From Thermofilum adornatum (GTDB taxonomy: Archaea; Thermoproteota; Thermoprotei; Thermofilales; Thermofilaceae): 32,000 nucleotides of DNA. The notes beneath the pieces were generated by a model that made no database searches, had not been told where the DNA came from, and saw only the letters and a list, made by a program, of their open reading frames with translations. This document shows, one piece after another, positions 13,498 through 21,575 of this stretch. The stretch's first letter is position 1, and every line of letters starts with the position of its first letter. The stretch spans positions 870,001-902,000 of the forward strand of contig NC_022093.1 of NCBI RefSeq assembly GCF_000446015.1, written 5' to 3'. The position numbers were made by a program, and so were the translations under genes.

Positions 13498-14923
13498 CTA
13501 TCTCCTCGCATTTGGGGAAATCTTCCTTGCAACGGGTTTATCCCTTATCTTATATAGCAGGCAAAATACTTTTTTTCTTCCACCAGCTGTAATCTCCACC
13601 ATAATAATATTTCCCCTTACACTCTTAACTCTCCTTAGAAAACATACCAATCCACACCTTACAATTTCTTTGGTAGCCCCTTTTTTCCTCTCTACACCCC
13701 TACTTGTAATATCAGCAAGCCTCATCCAGAGTTACGCTAAAGAGGGAAAATATTCTTCACCATTCATCGCAGAGCTATTGGACAAAACGGGTAACGGCTT
13801 TATAACGGTAGGACTCTTAATAGCGGGAGTATTCTCTTTAGCATCATACCTCCTTGTGAAGGCATTAGTACTTCCAGGAGTAAAAGCCTTAACTCTTGAA
13901 GGCGGCAAGACTCTCGCCGAAGAATACATCCAGCCGCCACAATACAAAGTATCCTACCTAGCGATACCTCTAGGGATCCTATCCCCCTACCTATACAATG
14001 CATCTGCATCTACAATAGCAGTCCTCCCTTTTATAATGCTAGCTCCATTACCACTACAGACATCGACACTAATGGGACTACTTTTATCCATCATAGGCAT
14101 AAGTCTCAACCCTATGGCTGTAGCGATCTCTCTCATTCTCTACGCCGAGATTTGGAGAAAACTATGGAAAATTGGTACCTACAGACCAGCGTCTCTCATA
14201 ATTGGGACAGGAGTTTACATCCTTGTCTCTCTGCTTATATTCTTTACTCTCTTCGGTGCACAATTTACCATGTACCTTGTTACTGCAACTTTCTTAATTC
14301 TCATAGTGAGCTATGCAATAACTGAACTTGAGGCTAAAGGTATAGCGCTTTCCCCCTATCTTCTTCTCTTTGTTTCTCAAATTTTCACAAATGGCTCAAT
14401 ACCAATTTATACCGATGCTCTCCTTCCTCTTATCCTGTCGGCGTCGCCGCTTATAGTTTCAGCTCTATACTTGGATATATCCCTCAGACACATAGATGAA
14501 GAATGTGGAACCCTACTTTTCGAGTCTCTTCTTTTGCTTGTTCCCCTCGTTTTGGCGGCATTACTCTATGGAAACATAACAATAACACCTCCATCCCTTA
14601 CGATATCTACTAGCTATTCTCTCATAAGTTACCTTATACCTGTACTAGCACTTATATATTCCACAGTACAACAAGTGTCAATGAAAGGCAGAATCCCGCG
14701 CAGAATAGAGCCAACACTACTATTTTCTCTACATCCGCTCGGCTTAGCTGTATCGATCCTTGTTCCCAGAAATGAAGCCCTCCCACTTTTACTTCTAGCA
14801 TTGCTTCTGTCTGTAACGCGCCTCGTCCTATCAAGGCACAGTCAAATGTATAGTGAGATTGCTAGGTTTTTCCTGTTTGGTTATGCGATAGGCATCATTT
14901 CTAAGATTCTCTTGGTAGGTTAA
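13469..14923 (+). CDS. Polytopic integral membrane protein (more than 10 predicted TM helices), unknown function
   Basis: 484 aa, nearly continuous hydrophobic helices. The likely true start is ATG 13475, preceded by GGTAGGTG (13464-13471), a Shine-Dalgarno-like element. Confidence 0.7.
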   Translation: MQMVCLKKADYLLAFGEIFLATGLSLILYSRQNTFFLPPAVISTIIIFPLTLLTLLRKHTNPHLTISLVAPFFLSTPLLVISASLIQSYAKEGKYSSPFIAELLDKTGNGFITVGLLIAGVFSLASYLLVKALVLPGVKALTLEGGKTLAEEYIQPPQYKVSYLAIPLGILSPYLYNASASTIAVLPFIMLAPLPLQTSTLMGLLLSIIGISLNPMAVAISLILYAEIWRKLWKIGTYRPASLIIGTGVYILVSLLIFFTLFGAQFTMYLVTATFLILIVSYAITELEAKGIALSPYLLLFVSQIFTNGSIPIYTDALLPLILSASPLIVSALYLDISLRHIDEECGTLLFESLLLLVPLVLAALLYGNITITPPSLTISTSYSLISYLIPVLALIYSTVQQVSMKGRIPRRIEPTLLFSLHPLGLAVSILVPRNEALPLLLLALLLSVTRLVLSRHSQMYSEIARFFLFGYAIGIISKILLVG

Positions 14924-14989
14924 GAATTCTCAGCATTCTCGTCAACAAAACAATTATATCTAGAAGCAATGTTGGGTTAGGGCAAAACT

Positions 14990-15322
14990 ATGTTCGTAAA
15001 ACGTGAAGATGCCATTAGAGCTGCGCAGAGCTACCTAGCTAAAGCCATAATAATAAATTCACTCGTTGTTTTCATTTGGCCTCTCTACATTTTTTTCTCA
15101 AAGCACATTGGACTCGACACATACATAGCTCTGCTGTTATTGTTAACATCTATCGCCTCGCTGATCCTGGTATATTACATGAGGAGAGCCCTAGACGACT
15201 ACTCTATCTCCTCTGCCCTCAGTGTTTCACCCATAGCAACAATAGTAGGCCTGATAGGGGGCCTGATAGCCGTCGGCATCCTAGTCAAGAAGGCAACCGA
15301 GTCATTGAAAACAGCATTATGA
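14990..15322 (+). CDS. Small membrane protein (about 3 TM), unknown function
   Basis: Hydrophobic segments IIINSLVVFIWPLYIFF, YIALLLLLTSIASLILVYY and IATIVGLIGGLIAVGILV. TATA-like CAATTATATC lies about 33 nt upstream. Confidence 0.5.
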   Translation: MFVKREDAIRAAQSYLAKAIIINSLVVFIWPLYIFFSKHIGLDTYIALLLLLTSIASLILVYYMRRALDDYSISSALSVSPIATIVGLIGGLIAVGILVKKATESLKTAL

Positions 15323-15376
15323 TTCTCGTTGCGAAAAATTTATCTAAAAAACAAGTCTCCAGGAATAGGTGCAATT

Positions 15377-15850
15377 ATGTCCGGACAAGAACCTCTACAG
15401 ACACCTACACCCACAGTAAACACAGTAAAGCTAAGAATATATGGAGGCGTTCCACCGCGTGAAACTAAGATTGGAAAAGGATTCAGCATTGGCGAGATAA
15501 ACGCTTTAGGGCTCACAGTGAAAGAGGCTAGACTCCTTGGCATACGTGTCGACACACGCAGGAAAACCACACACGAAGAAAACATAAACTTGCTCCGAGC
15601 CTGGCTGGCAAAACTAAAAGAGCACCTGGAGGCTGGAGGAGCCCCGCCGAAGCCGGCATTCGCGTTAACCCTCCAGGCAAAGCCAGACCCTGGCAGGGTC
15701 TTCAAGGGAAAAACCATGTCCGGCAGAAAAATGCGTGGCCTATTGGCCATAAAATATAGACATACTCACCACAGAAAATGGAAGAAAAAACAGCTTGAAA
15801 GAATACATAAAAGAAGACACGAAGCTACAAGGCACAAGGGAGGAGACTAA
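15377..15850 (+). CDS. rpl13e: Ribosomal protein L13e (eL13)
   Basis: IGKGFSIGEINALGLTVKEARLLGIRVDTRRKTTHEENINLLRAWL matches the eL13 core (GRGFSLxEL...ARTIGIxVDxRRxN...N). I prefer ATG 15377, preceded by AGGTG, over the track's TTG 15329. Confidence 0.8.
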   Translation: MSGQEPLQTPTPTVNTVKLRIYGGVPPRETKIGKGFSIGEINALGLTVKEARLLGIRVDTRRKTTHEENINLLRAWLAKLKEHLEAGGAPPKPAFALTLQAKPDPGRVFKGKTMSGRKMRGLLAIKYRHTHHRKWKKKQLERIHKRRHEATRHKGGD

Positions 15851-15859
15851 TAGACCTCC

Positions 15860-16063
15860 CTATTCAGTTATATATTTCTCGACATATTCCCTAACAATCT
15901 TGGTCGAATGCTCTAGAACAATTTTTGAGCCACATCTAAAGCAATAGTATTTGCCCTCGATCTTTGCCACAACATCTGTACTCCCACATATACTGCACTT
16001 TGGCTTTTCACCATAATCCGTGTTAGACGCTGTAGTGCCTGTTGCATCTTTTTTCGAGGCCAT
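15860..16063 (-). CDS. Small zinc-ribbon protein
   Basis: CSIC-x17-CFRC (two CxxC knuckles) in a 67-aa ORF. Convergent with rpl13e with a 9-bp gap. Confidence 0.55.
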   Translation of the reverse strand: MASKKDATGTTASNTDYGEKPKCSICGSTDVVAKIEGKYYCFRCGSKIVLEHSTKIVREYVEKYITE

Positions 16064-16168
16064 ATTTTATTTTTCTAATGGTATAAACAATGGAAAACCA
16101 TAAATATGCTTCTGCAAGCACACGCAGTGATGACAACACAACCCAAAACTATGAAGGGAATAAGGTAC

Positions 16169-16471
16169 ATGCAGCCCCTAGACTACCTTAAAAACTATAC
16201 TGGCAAGAACGTCTTCGTAAAGCTCAAGGATGGAACGGAGTATTCAGGGAAACTACGCCTAACAGACAACGCGATGAACCTAGTGATGGACGAGACCAAA
16301 ATGGTTACAGAACTCAACAAGCTAGTGGCACAGCTAGGAACGGTCTTTATTAGGGGGAGCAACCTATTGTTTGTCTCCATCGAGCCTGAAAAGGTTACGT
16401 TCTTTGAGCAGAATCAGCAGCAACAGACTCAGCCGCAGGAAGAATCAAAAGACCTAAATGATGACGAGTAA
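16169..16471 (+). CDS. Sm-like (LSm) archaeal protein with Q-rich acidic C-terminal tail
   Basis: Sm1 motif VFVKLKDGTEYSGKLRLTDNAMNLVMDE and Sm2 motif VFIRGSNLLFVS. The ORF is open from 16106, but the Sm fold begins at MQPLDYL (ATG 16169). ATGs at 16130 and 16151 are also possible. Confidence 0.8.
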   Translation: MQPLDYLKNYTGKNVFVKLKDGTEYSGKLRLTDNAMNLVMDETKMVTELNKLVAQLGTVFIRGSNLLFVSIEPEKVTFFEQNQQQQTQPQEESKDLNDDE

Positions 16472-16475
16472 AATT

Positions 16476-16493
16476 ATTACTAGCAGTAATTTT
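16476..16493 (+). terminator. Short hairpin plus T-tract after the Sm gene
   Basis: ATTACT-AGC-AGTAAT (perfect 6-bp stem, 3-nt loop) is immediately followed by TTT(T). Confidence 0.4.
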
Positions 16494-16501
16494 CAGTAAA
16501 C

Positions 16502-16510
16502 ATTATAAAT
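16502..16510 (+). promoter_or_regulatory. TATA box for the SAM synthetase gene
   Basis: ATTATAAAT is centred about 29 nt upstream of ATG 16535, which fits a near-leaderless transcript. Confidence 0.5.
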
Positions 16511-16534
16511 CAATATGACCAAAGCTTCTACCTG

Positions 16535-17755
16535 ATGGCTCGAAAGAACATTATAATAGAAAAATCGAACTATATACCGCCTGCACAGCTCCCAGTAGAA
16601 ATAGTTGAGCGTAAAGGTACAGGGCATCCAGACTACATTGCAGACTCAATTTCGGAAGCCTCAAGCCGAGAATTATCAAAATACTACCTAGAAAGATATG
16701 GAGCCATACTTCACCACAACCTAGACAAAGTCCTAGTTGTAGGCGGACAGTCAAGCCCCAAATTCGGCGGCGGAGAGGTGGTTCAGCCAATATATATCCT
16801 TGTTTCTGGGAGAGCCACAACAGAAGTTACGACGCAGGGCGGCAAAGAAAACATACCGATAGGACCAATTATCCTGAAAGCCACCCGGGACTGGATCAAG
16901 AAAAACATGAGGTTCCTGGACCCAGACACACATGTAATCATCGACTACCGGATAGGGAAAGGCTCAGCTGACCTAGTAGATATCTATACCAGAGAAAGCA
17001 AATACCCAGGTGCAAACGACACGTCCATGGGTATAGGGTATGCCCCTCTCTCCCCCACAGAGAGAATAGTATTCGAAACAGAAAGACTACTAAACTCTCC
17101 AAAGGTGAAAAACGAGCTACCGGCAGTAGGAGAAGACATAAAAGTTATGGGTGTAAGAAAGGGAAACAAGCTAACCCTTACCATTGCAATGGCGGCCGTA
17201 TCAAGGTTCGTCCACAATGTTCAGGAATACCTAGACGTCAAGGAAAACGTCAAGAAACTAGTAAGAGAACATGCGTCTAGCCTGGCAGACCTAGACCTAG
17301 AAATATACGTCAATACAGGCGACGACCCATCCAGGGCAGACAGAGGAGGAGTCTATCTCACAGTTACGGGAACCTCGGCAGAACATGGAGACGACGGCGC
17401 AACAGGAAGAGGAAACAGAACCAACGGACTCATAACACCATTTAGACCAATGTCACTAGAAGCCACAGCAGGAAAAAACCCTATAAGCCACATAGGAAAA
17501 CTATACAATGTAGTCGCCTTCCAAGCCGCAAACGAAATATGCACCCTGGACCACGTCGGAGAAGTCTACATCAAACTGATAAGCCAAATAGGAAAACCCA
17601 TCAATGAGCCTCTACTGGCATACATTGCTATAAATGCTCCAGAAGATGTAGCTACACGCGTAAAGCATCAAGCGGAAGAAATACTCTCCAATCACCTAGA
17701 CAAGATAAATACTCTCTGGGAGAAGTTCCTCAAAGGAGAAGTCACAATATTCTAG
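16535..17755 (+). CDS. mat: Archaeal-type S-adenosylmethionine synthetase
   Basis: [17 protein letters not shown]...[24 protein letters not shown]...SGRAT...[18 protein letters not shown] are hallmark archaeal MAT motifs. 406 aa. Confidence 0.95.
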   Translation: MARKNIIIEKSNYIPPAQLPVEIVERKGTGHPDYIADSISEASSRELSKYYLERYGAILHHNLDKVLVVGGQSSPKFGGGEVVQPIYILVSGRATTEVTTQGGKENIPIGPIILKATRDWIKKNMRFLDPDTHVIIDYRIGKGSADLVDIYTRESKYPGANDTSMGIGYAPLSPTERIVFETERLLNSPKVKNELPAVGEDIKVMGVRKGNKLTLTIAMAAVSRFVHNVQEYLDVKENVKKLVREHASSLADLDLEIYVNTGDDPSRADRGGVYLTVTGTSAEHGDDGATGRGNRTNGLITPFRPMSLEATAGKNPISHIGKLYNVVAFQAANEICTLDHVGEVYIKLISQIGKPINEPLLAYIAINAPEDVATRVKHQAEEILSNHLDKINTLWEKFLKGEVTIF

Positions 17756-17807
17756 CCTAAGCGATATTTTTCTCAATAAATTCTTAAAATTCATACCATA
17801 TAACAAC

Positions 17808-19793
17808 TCAAATTCTTCCCATGCTACGTCTCCTTTCTTCTCGATAATCCACAAGGAGCCTTCTAAGCTTCTCCTTCTCCACATCCTCGCTCTGCCTGTT
17901 TACAGCTTTCTCAATTTCCTCTATAGGCAAAACAACAAAGTCGCCTATATCTTCAACCCCATTGACCCAGTCAATCGAAAGTGGAATAGTCCCAATGGGC
18001 AGTTTACCTTTAACCCTCTGTAGCTCATGTTGGTTTCTGAAAAACACGTATAGATTAGCGCTGGGAGGCTTAATTTCTCCTAGAACCCTAAACAAATAGT
18101 CCTCAGGTAGCTCCTTGTCCACAAATAAGTACTGGGCTCTTAACCCAGACTTGTCTAGTAAACGCGAAAGCTTCAGAACTGCGATTTTTTCACCAAGAAC
18201 AACTGAGTACATGGTCTCCTTGAGCCTTTTCTCCTCTAGAATAGTATTCTCGAGAACGCTCTTCAAAGAATTAATCTCGGACTGAAGCATCTCAATTCTA
18301 GCCTCCATCTTCGAGAATTCAGGATTCAGCCTTTTCCCAAGTTCCCTTAACTGCAGAAGCCTTTTTAGAGTCTCCTCGCTTCTTTGAGCCCTTTCCTCTG
18401 CCTTCCTAAGTTCATGCCTAAGCAGGGTATTCTCATGGACAAGTTCCTCGACAACCCTTTTCAGGAACTCTAATTCTCCCTGCATCTTTTCTATCTCTGT
18501 GCCTGACGAAAACTTATCAAACCGTTCCAAAGGCAACCTAAGCCCGACATGCTTCCTCATTGCCTCTTGGATGGCAATTGAGACAGGCTTACCCCTAATC
18601 ACCAAAAGCTTTGCCTCATCTATTGGAACAGGCAAATCATACTTTTCACCCTCTTTCTCGACTTCTTCGAATAGGGGTCTATAATACAGGAAAGCCTTGT
18701 ATGCAGCCGCAAGGGAATCTCTTTCATGCGAAGTTTTAACCTTTAATCCCCTCGCCTCGGCAGCCTCTAAAGCCAGCCTCCTTTTCTCATCGATACTTAA
18801 AGACCTACTAGGAACAAACAACTGGCACCCCAACGTTGCAGCTATTTTCCTAACATAGGCTGGGGGAGGGTTAACGTCCGTAGCTATAACTACTGGCTTC
18901 CCGATCGAATAGAGCCTGCGCATAAGGTCCCCCCTCCCCAGAAGCCTACCAGTCTCTAGTGAAAGAACCCTTCCATTCAAGTCTAGAACTGCGTAGCCAG
19001 TGCTCATCCCAGGATCAATGCCGACGATTAGATATTTCTCTGTCAAAGGTTTATAGGAAACCTTCGCCCCCAGGGGCTGAAACTCTATTTTTTCGCGGCC
19101 GACAGGCTCAATCCTAACAAATAACTCGTGCCCATCCTCGTTCTTTACTAGACCGTTTAGCTTCTCTCGTGGAGCATAAACTATGAATGTCGCACCTGTA
19201 AGCCCCTCGCCGCTCTTCCTGATGAAGAGGTCATAGTCGAGAGAATTTTTCCTCAGGGCTTCGGATATTTCTCGAACCTTTCTCTTCACCTGCAACTCTA
19301 TGTTCCTCTTGAATCTCTCGCGGCTCATTCCACCCTGGCCAGGAACCCTTCCCCGGCCAACACGGATCAGTGTTTCTTCCTCAAATACAAGTGCCTCTGC
19401 ACCCACGCCATTATAAGCAAGCAATGCGCAGACCTCTGCTGTTTGGAGGGGGTCTAGCTTCCCGCTGCAAATCCCTGTCAAGGCGCAGAGTGCCTCGATA
19501 CTTACTGTTTCACCATCTATGAATGTTACTTGTATTATGCGGGGGCTCCTCGGGAACCGCTTTAGAAACCTGCTTAACTCGTCTATGTTCGCTGCTAGCT
19601 CGTATACATTGTCGAGAGCCAGAGCGTCGACGTTTCTGTCAGAGACAATCTCAACTATTTTATCCAAATTGACTTCTCTCCACTTTTCAACAACTTTCCC
19701 GTCGACTACAAGGACAGCCGCGAATAGGAGGCTAGCCCCCTGAGGCGAGCTTCCGGGCAACACGTCAAGGCCAAGTATTCTCCTTAGCAACAC
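17808..19793 (-). CDS. DUF460-like archaeal protein: two RNase H/RuvC-like modules plus long coiled coil
   Basis: ILGLDVLPG...DALALDNVYEL (N-terminal) and LIVGIDPGMSTGYAVLDLNGR...VVIATDVNPPP (central) resemble RuvC/YqgF-type nuclease folds. Residues about 440-540 are heptad-rich. GTG start 5 nt after the rio2 stop. Confidence 0.7.
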   Translation of the reverse strand: MLLRRILGLDVLPGSSPQGASLLFAAVLVVDGKVVEKWREVNLDKIVEIVSDRNVDALALDNVYELAANIDELSRFLKRFPRSPRIIQVTFIDGETVSIEALCALTGICSGKLDPLQTAEVCALLAYNGVGAEALVFEEETLIRVGRGRVPGQGGMSRERFKRNIELQVKRKVREISEALRKNSLDYDLFIRKSGEGLTGATFIVYAPREKLNGLVKNEDGHELFVRIEPVGREKIEFQPLGAKVSYKPLTEKYLIVGIDPGMSTGYAVLDLNGRVLSLETGRLLGRGDLMRRLYSIGKPVVIATDVNPPPAYVRKIAATLGCQLFVPSRSLSIDEKRRLALEAAEARGLKVKTSHERDSLAAAYKAFLYYRPLFEEVEKEGEKYDLPVPIDEAKLLVIRGKPVSIAIQEAMRKHVGLRLPLERFDKFSSGTEIEKMQGELEFLKRVVEELVHENTLLRHELRKAEERAQRSEETLKRLLQLRELGKRLNPEFSKMEARIEMLQSEINSLKSVLENTILEEKRLKETMYSVVLGEKIAVLKLSRLLDKSGLRAQYLFVDKELPEDYLFRVLGEIKPPSANLYVFFRNQHELQRVKGKLPIGTIPLSIDWVNGVEDIGDFVVLPIEEIEKAVNRQSEDVEKEKLRRLLVDYREERRRSMGRI

Positions 19794-19798
19794 GTGTC

Positions 19799-20698
19799 CT
19801 AACCATTAACAGATAGTCGGCTTAAAAAATCTTCCCCCAACTGCTCTGGGTCAACGTCTACCCCATACTTCTTGGCAAAAAACCCAGCAATGTTTACTAT
19901 GTCCCTCTTCAGGTAAAACGAGGCCATAGGGTGACTGCTGGAAACCCACTGAGGCCAATCAATTAGGACAGGCTTCTCGCCCCTAGCGACCAACACGTTA
20001 TACTCACTGAGATCCCCGTGAACAACGCCAGCCTTAAAACTCTTCTCGACTTCCTGCAACACACTTTCAAAGAAAGCCTTTGGGTCTGTCAGCACTGGGA
20101 GAAGGTATAACTCGTCGCCCTCCACGTATCCAGTAACAATAACGTGCCTATTCCAGTCAATGGGCTCTGGCACCGCGACACCACTCTTCCACAAGATCTT
20201 CAGGGCCTCAAACTCCCTCATGGCGGCAAGCCTCCCAGCATACAGCCAGGAATAGTGCCTCTTGTCGGCTACATATTCCCTTACAAGCTTAACCTTTCTA
20301 AAACTCGTCCTCCCAACACGGTGAAACTTGACAACCACAATCCTGTCCCCCTCAGTCTTCCCGAGATATACTTCGCTCTCCTTCCCCTCGCCATACGGAG
20401 TAAGAGAAAGCTGAGACAAAGTCCCCCTCTTCACCAAAACATAGAGCGCCAAGCAGTCATACCCCCTAGTAGTCAGGACAAATCCTACAAACCCGCCCTT
20501 AAACCTCTGAACCAGCCCAAGCTTGTTCAGCTTCTTCAACCTAGCATTAACAAAGTCCTCCTCCAAGCCACTAATACTGGCAACCAATTTTACATCCACA
20601 TATTCATGATTAATCATCCCCCTCTCCACAGCCACCAACAACCTGTAATCATCCTCCCCCAGTTGCTTCAAGGCATCAACAGCAAACCGCGCGCTCAC
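19799..20698 (-). CDS. rio2: RIO-type serine protein kinase Rio2 (N-terminal wHTH plus RIO kinase domain)
   Basis: The N-terminal wHTH (DYRLLVAVERGMINHEYV...LNKLGLVQR) is diagnostic of Rio2. Kinase motifs: GEGKESEVY, VVKFHRVGRTSFR, VHGDLSEYNVLV, LIDWPQ. GTG start. Confidence 0.9.
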   Translation of the reverse strand: MSARFAVDALKQLGEDDYRLLVAVERGMINHEYVDVKLVASISGLEEDFVNARLKKLNKLGLVQRFKGGFVGFVLTTRGYDCLALYVLVKRGTLSQLSLTPYGEGKESEVYLGKTEGDRIVVVKFHRVGRTSFRKVKLVREYVADKRHYSWLYAGRLAAMREFEALKILWKSGVAVPEPIDWNRHVIVTGYVEGDELYLLPVLTDPKAFFESVLQEVEKSFKAGVVHGDLSEYNVLVARGEKPVLIDWPQWVSSSHPMASFYLKRDIVNIAGFFAKKYGVDVDPEQLGEDFLSRLSVNG

Positions 20699-20763
20699 AA
20701 CAACACCTATTCAGGAAAGAAAACCAGCAAAAATAAACCTTTCAAAACAGATCACAAGAAATA

Positions 20764-21219
20764 TCAGCCTCCAAGAGGATTTATCACCTCTACATTTAAT
20801 TCTACTCCAATCTTTTGGAAATGAATGTCACATGAAAAGACCACGTCAATGTAATCTTTCACTGGAAGAAAACAGAGGTAATCCCATATATGTATACCGG
20901 TCTTTGCACTTTCTTCGAGTGCATCTTTTAGATGCCCAGGCAACAGTGGAACCTTAATTATTTTATCATCTTCTAGTATAGCCCAAACGATTTTCTTGGC
21001 TTCTTCCTTTGGTACCTTAGTACCTCTAAAGGCTAAAACGTGATATATTTCTCCAATTTGATGGGTAGAAATATAAACTTCTAACTCTGGGAATTTTTCA
21101 CGAAAGAATTTCAGCGCTTCCTCATGCATTCTTAAAGCTTTTAGATAATCCTCCTGCGAACTAAAACTGCTAACTGAAGGCTTCTTCTTCGCTATAGACC
21201 TTATCTCTGTATCAATCAT
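20764..21219 (-). CDS. PIN-domain protein (VapC-like nuclease)
   Basis: From ATG 21219: an MIDTEI acidic start, a central STHQIGEIYHVL and a C-terminal VVFSCDIHFQKIG (xD-x-F pattern) fit the PIN acidic quartet layout. The track's TTG 21234 is a less likely start. Confidence 0.55.
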   Translation of the reverse strand: MIDTEIRSIAKKKPSVSSFSSQEDYLKALRMHEEALKFFREKFPELEVYISTHQIGEIYHVLAFRGTKVPKEEAKKIVWAILEDDKIIKVPLLPGHLKDALEESAKTGIHIWDYLCFLPVKDYIDVVFSCDIHFQKIGVELNVEVINPLGG

Positions 21220-21246
21220 AGCCTTCAAGAACAAGACCCCGAAAGG

Positions 21247-21504
21247 TTATATGTCATCATACTCGTATTCCTTATAATCTTCCGCAGAGGCTCCCTCGAT
21301 TGGTGTAGTGAGAAGTTGGATAAGTCTATTCCTGTCGCTTTTGCGAGGCTTAGAAAAATACTCGAGTAAAGCTTCAATAACAATCTCGCGGACTGGTCTG
21401 TTTTCCTCGAAATCATAAAAATTATTGTTTAAAAACCATTTTTTATCCACATTCTCTCTCGAAATCTCATCATAAATATGAAAACCAAAAATATAAGGAA
21501 GCAC
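21247..21504 (-). CDS. Possible ribbon-helix-helix (VapB/CopG-like) antitoxin; start uncertain
   Basis: ENRPVREIVIEALLEYFSK resembles the second RHH helix. It lies 12-27 nt upstream of the PIN gene. There is no internal ATG, only GTG starts (21504 or about 21450). Confidence 0.35.
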   Translation of the reverse strand: MLPYIFGFHIYDEISRENVDKKWFLNNNFYDFEENRPVREIVIEALLEYFSKPRKSDRNRLIQLLTTPIEGASAEDYKEYEYDDI

Positions 21505-21518
21505 TGTATTACATATAA

Positions 21519-21573
21519 GGATGATGAGGCAGCTCGCATTTGAAATGTGAAGATGCGACTCGAATGCTGATTA
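21519..21573 (+). ncRNA. Candidate C/D box sRNA (2'-O-methylation guide)
   Basis: Box C AUGAUGA (21521-27), 12-nt spacer, D'-like UUGA (21540-43), 3 nt, C'-like GUGAAGA (21547-53), 13-nt spacer, box D CUGA (21567-70). TATA-like AAATATAAGG (21488-97) is centred about 26 nt before 21519. Confidence 0.4.
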
Positions 21574-21575
21574 TT

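Noticed and set aside
15076-15750. ORFs 15076..15462(+) and 15340..15750(-)
   Set aside because: They overlap the small membrane protein and L13e frames. L13e has a strong family signature, and these alternatives are R/S/P-rich shadows.
16458-16535. Second C/D box sRNA starting at AUGAUGA (16458-16464) at the end of the Sm gene
   Set aside because: No CUGA/D' lies at about 12 nt. The first CUGA is about 70 nt downstream, inside the mat promoter/start region, so the spacing is incompatible with C/D architecture.
20144-20824. 226-aa plus-strand ORF
   Set aside because: It is antisense to the Rio2 kinase gene, whose motifs are unambiguous. The product is P/Q/K-rich and motif-free, so it is a shadow ORF.
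21553-21572. tRNA T-arm-like string (minus-strand reading GCATTCGAGTCGC)
   Set aside because: The TTCGAGT loop is not flanked by complementary 5-bp stems, and no acceptor or anticodon arms can be drawn. It is not a tRNA or tRNA fragment.
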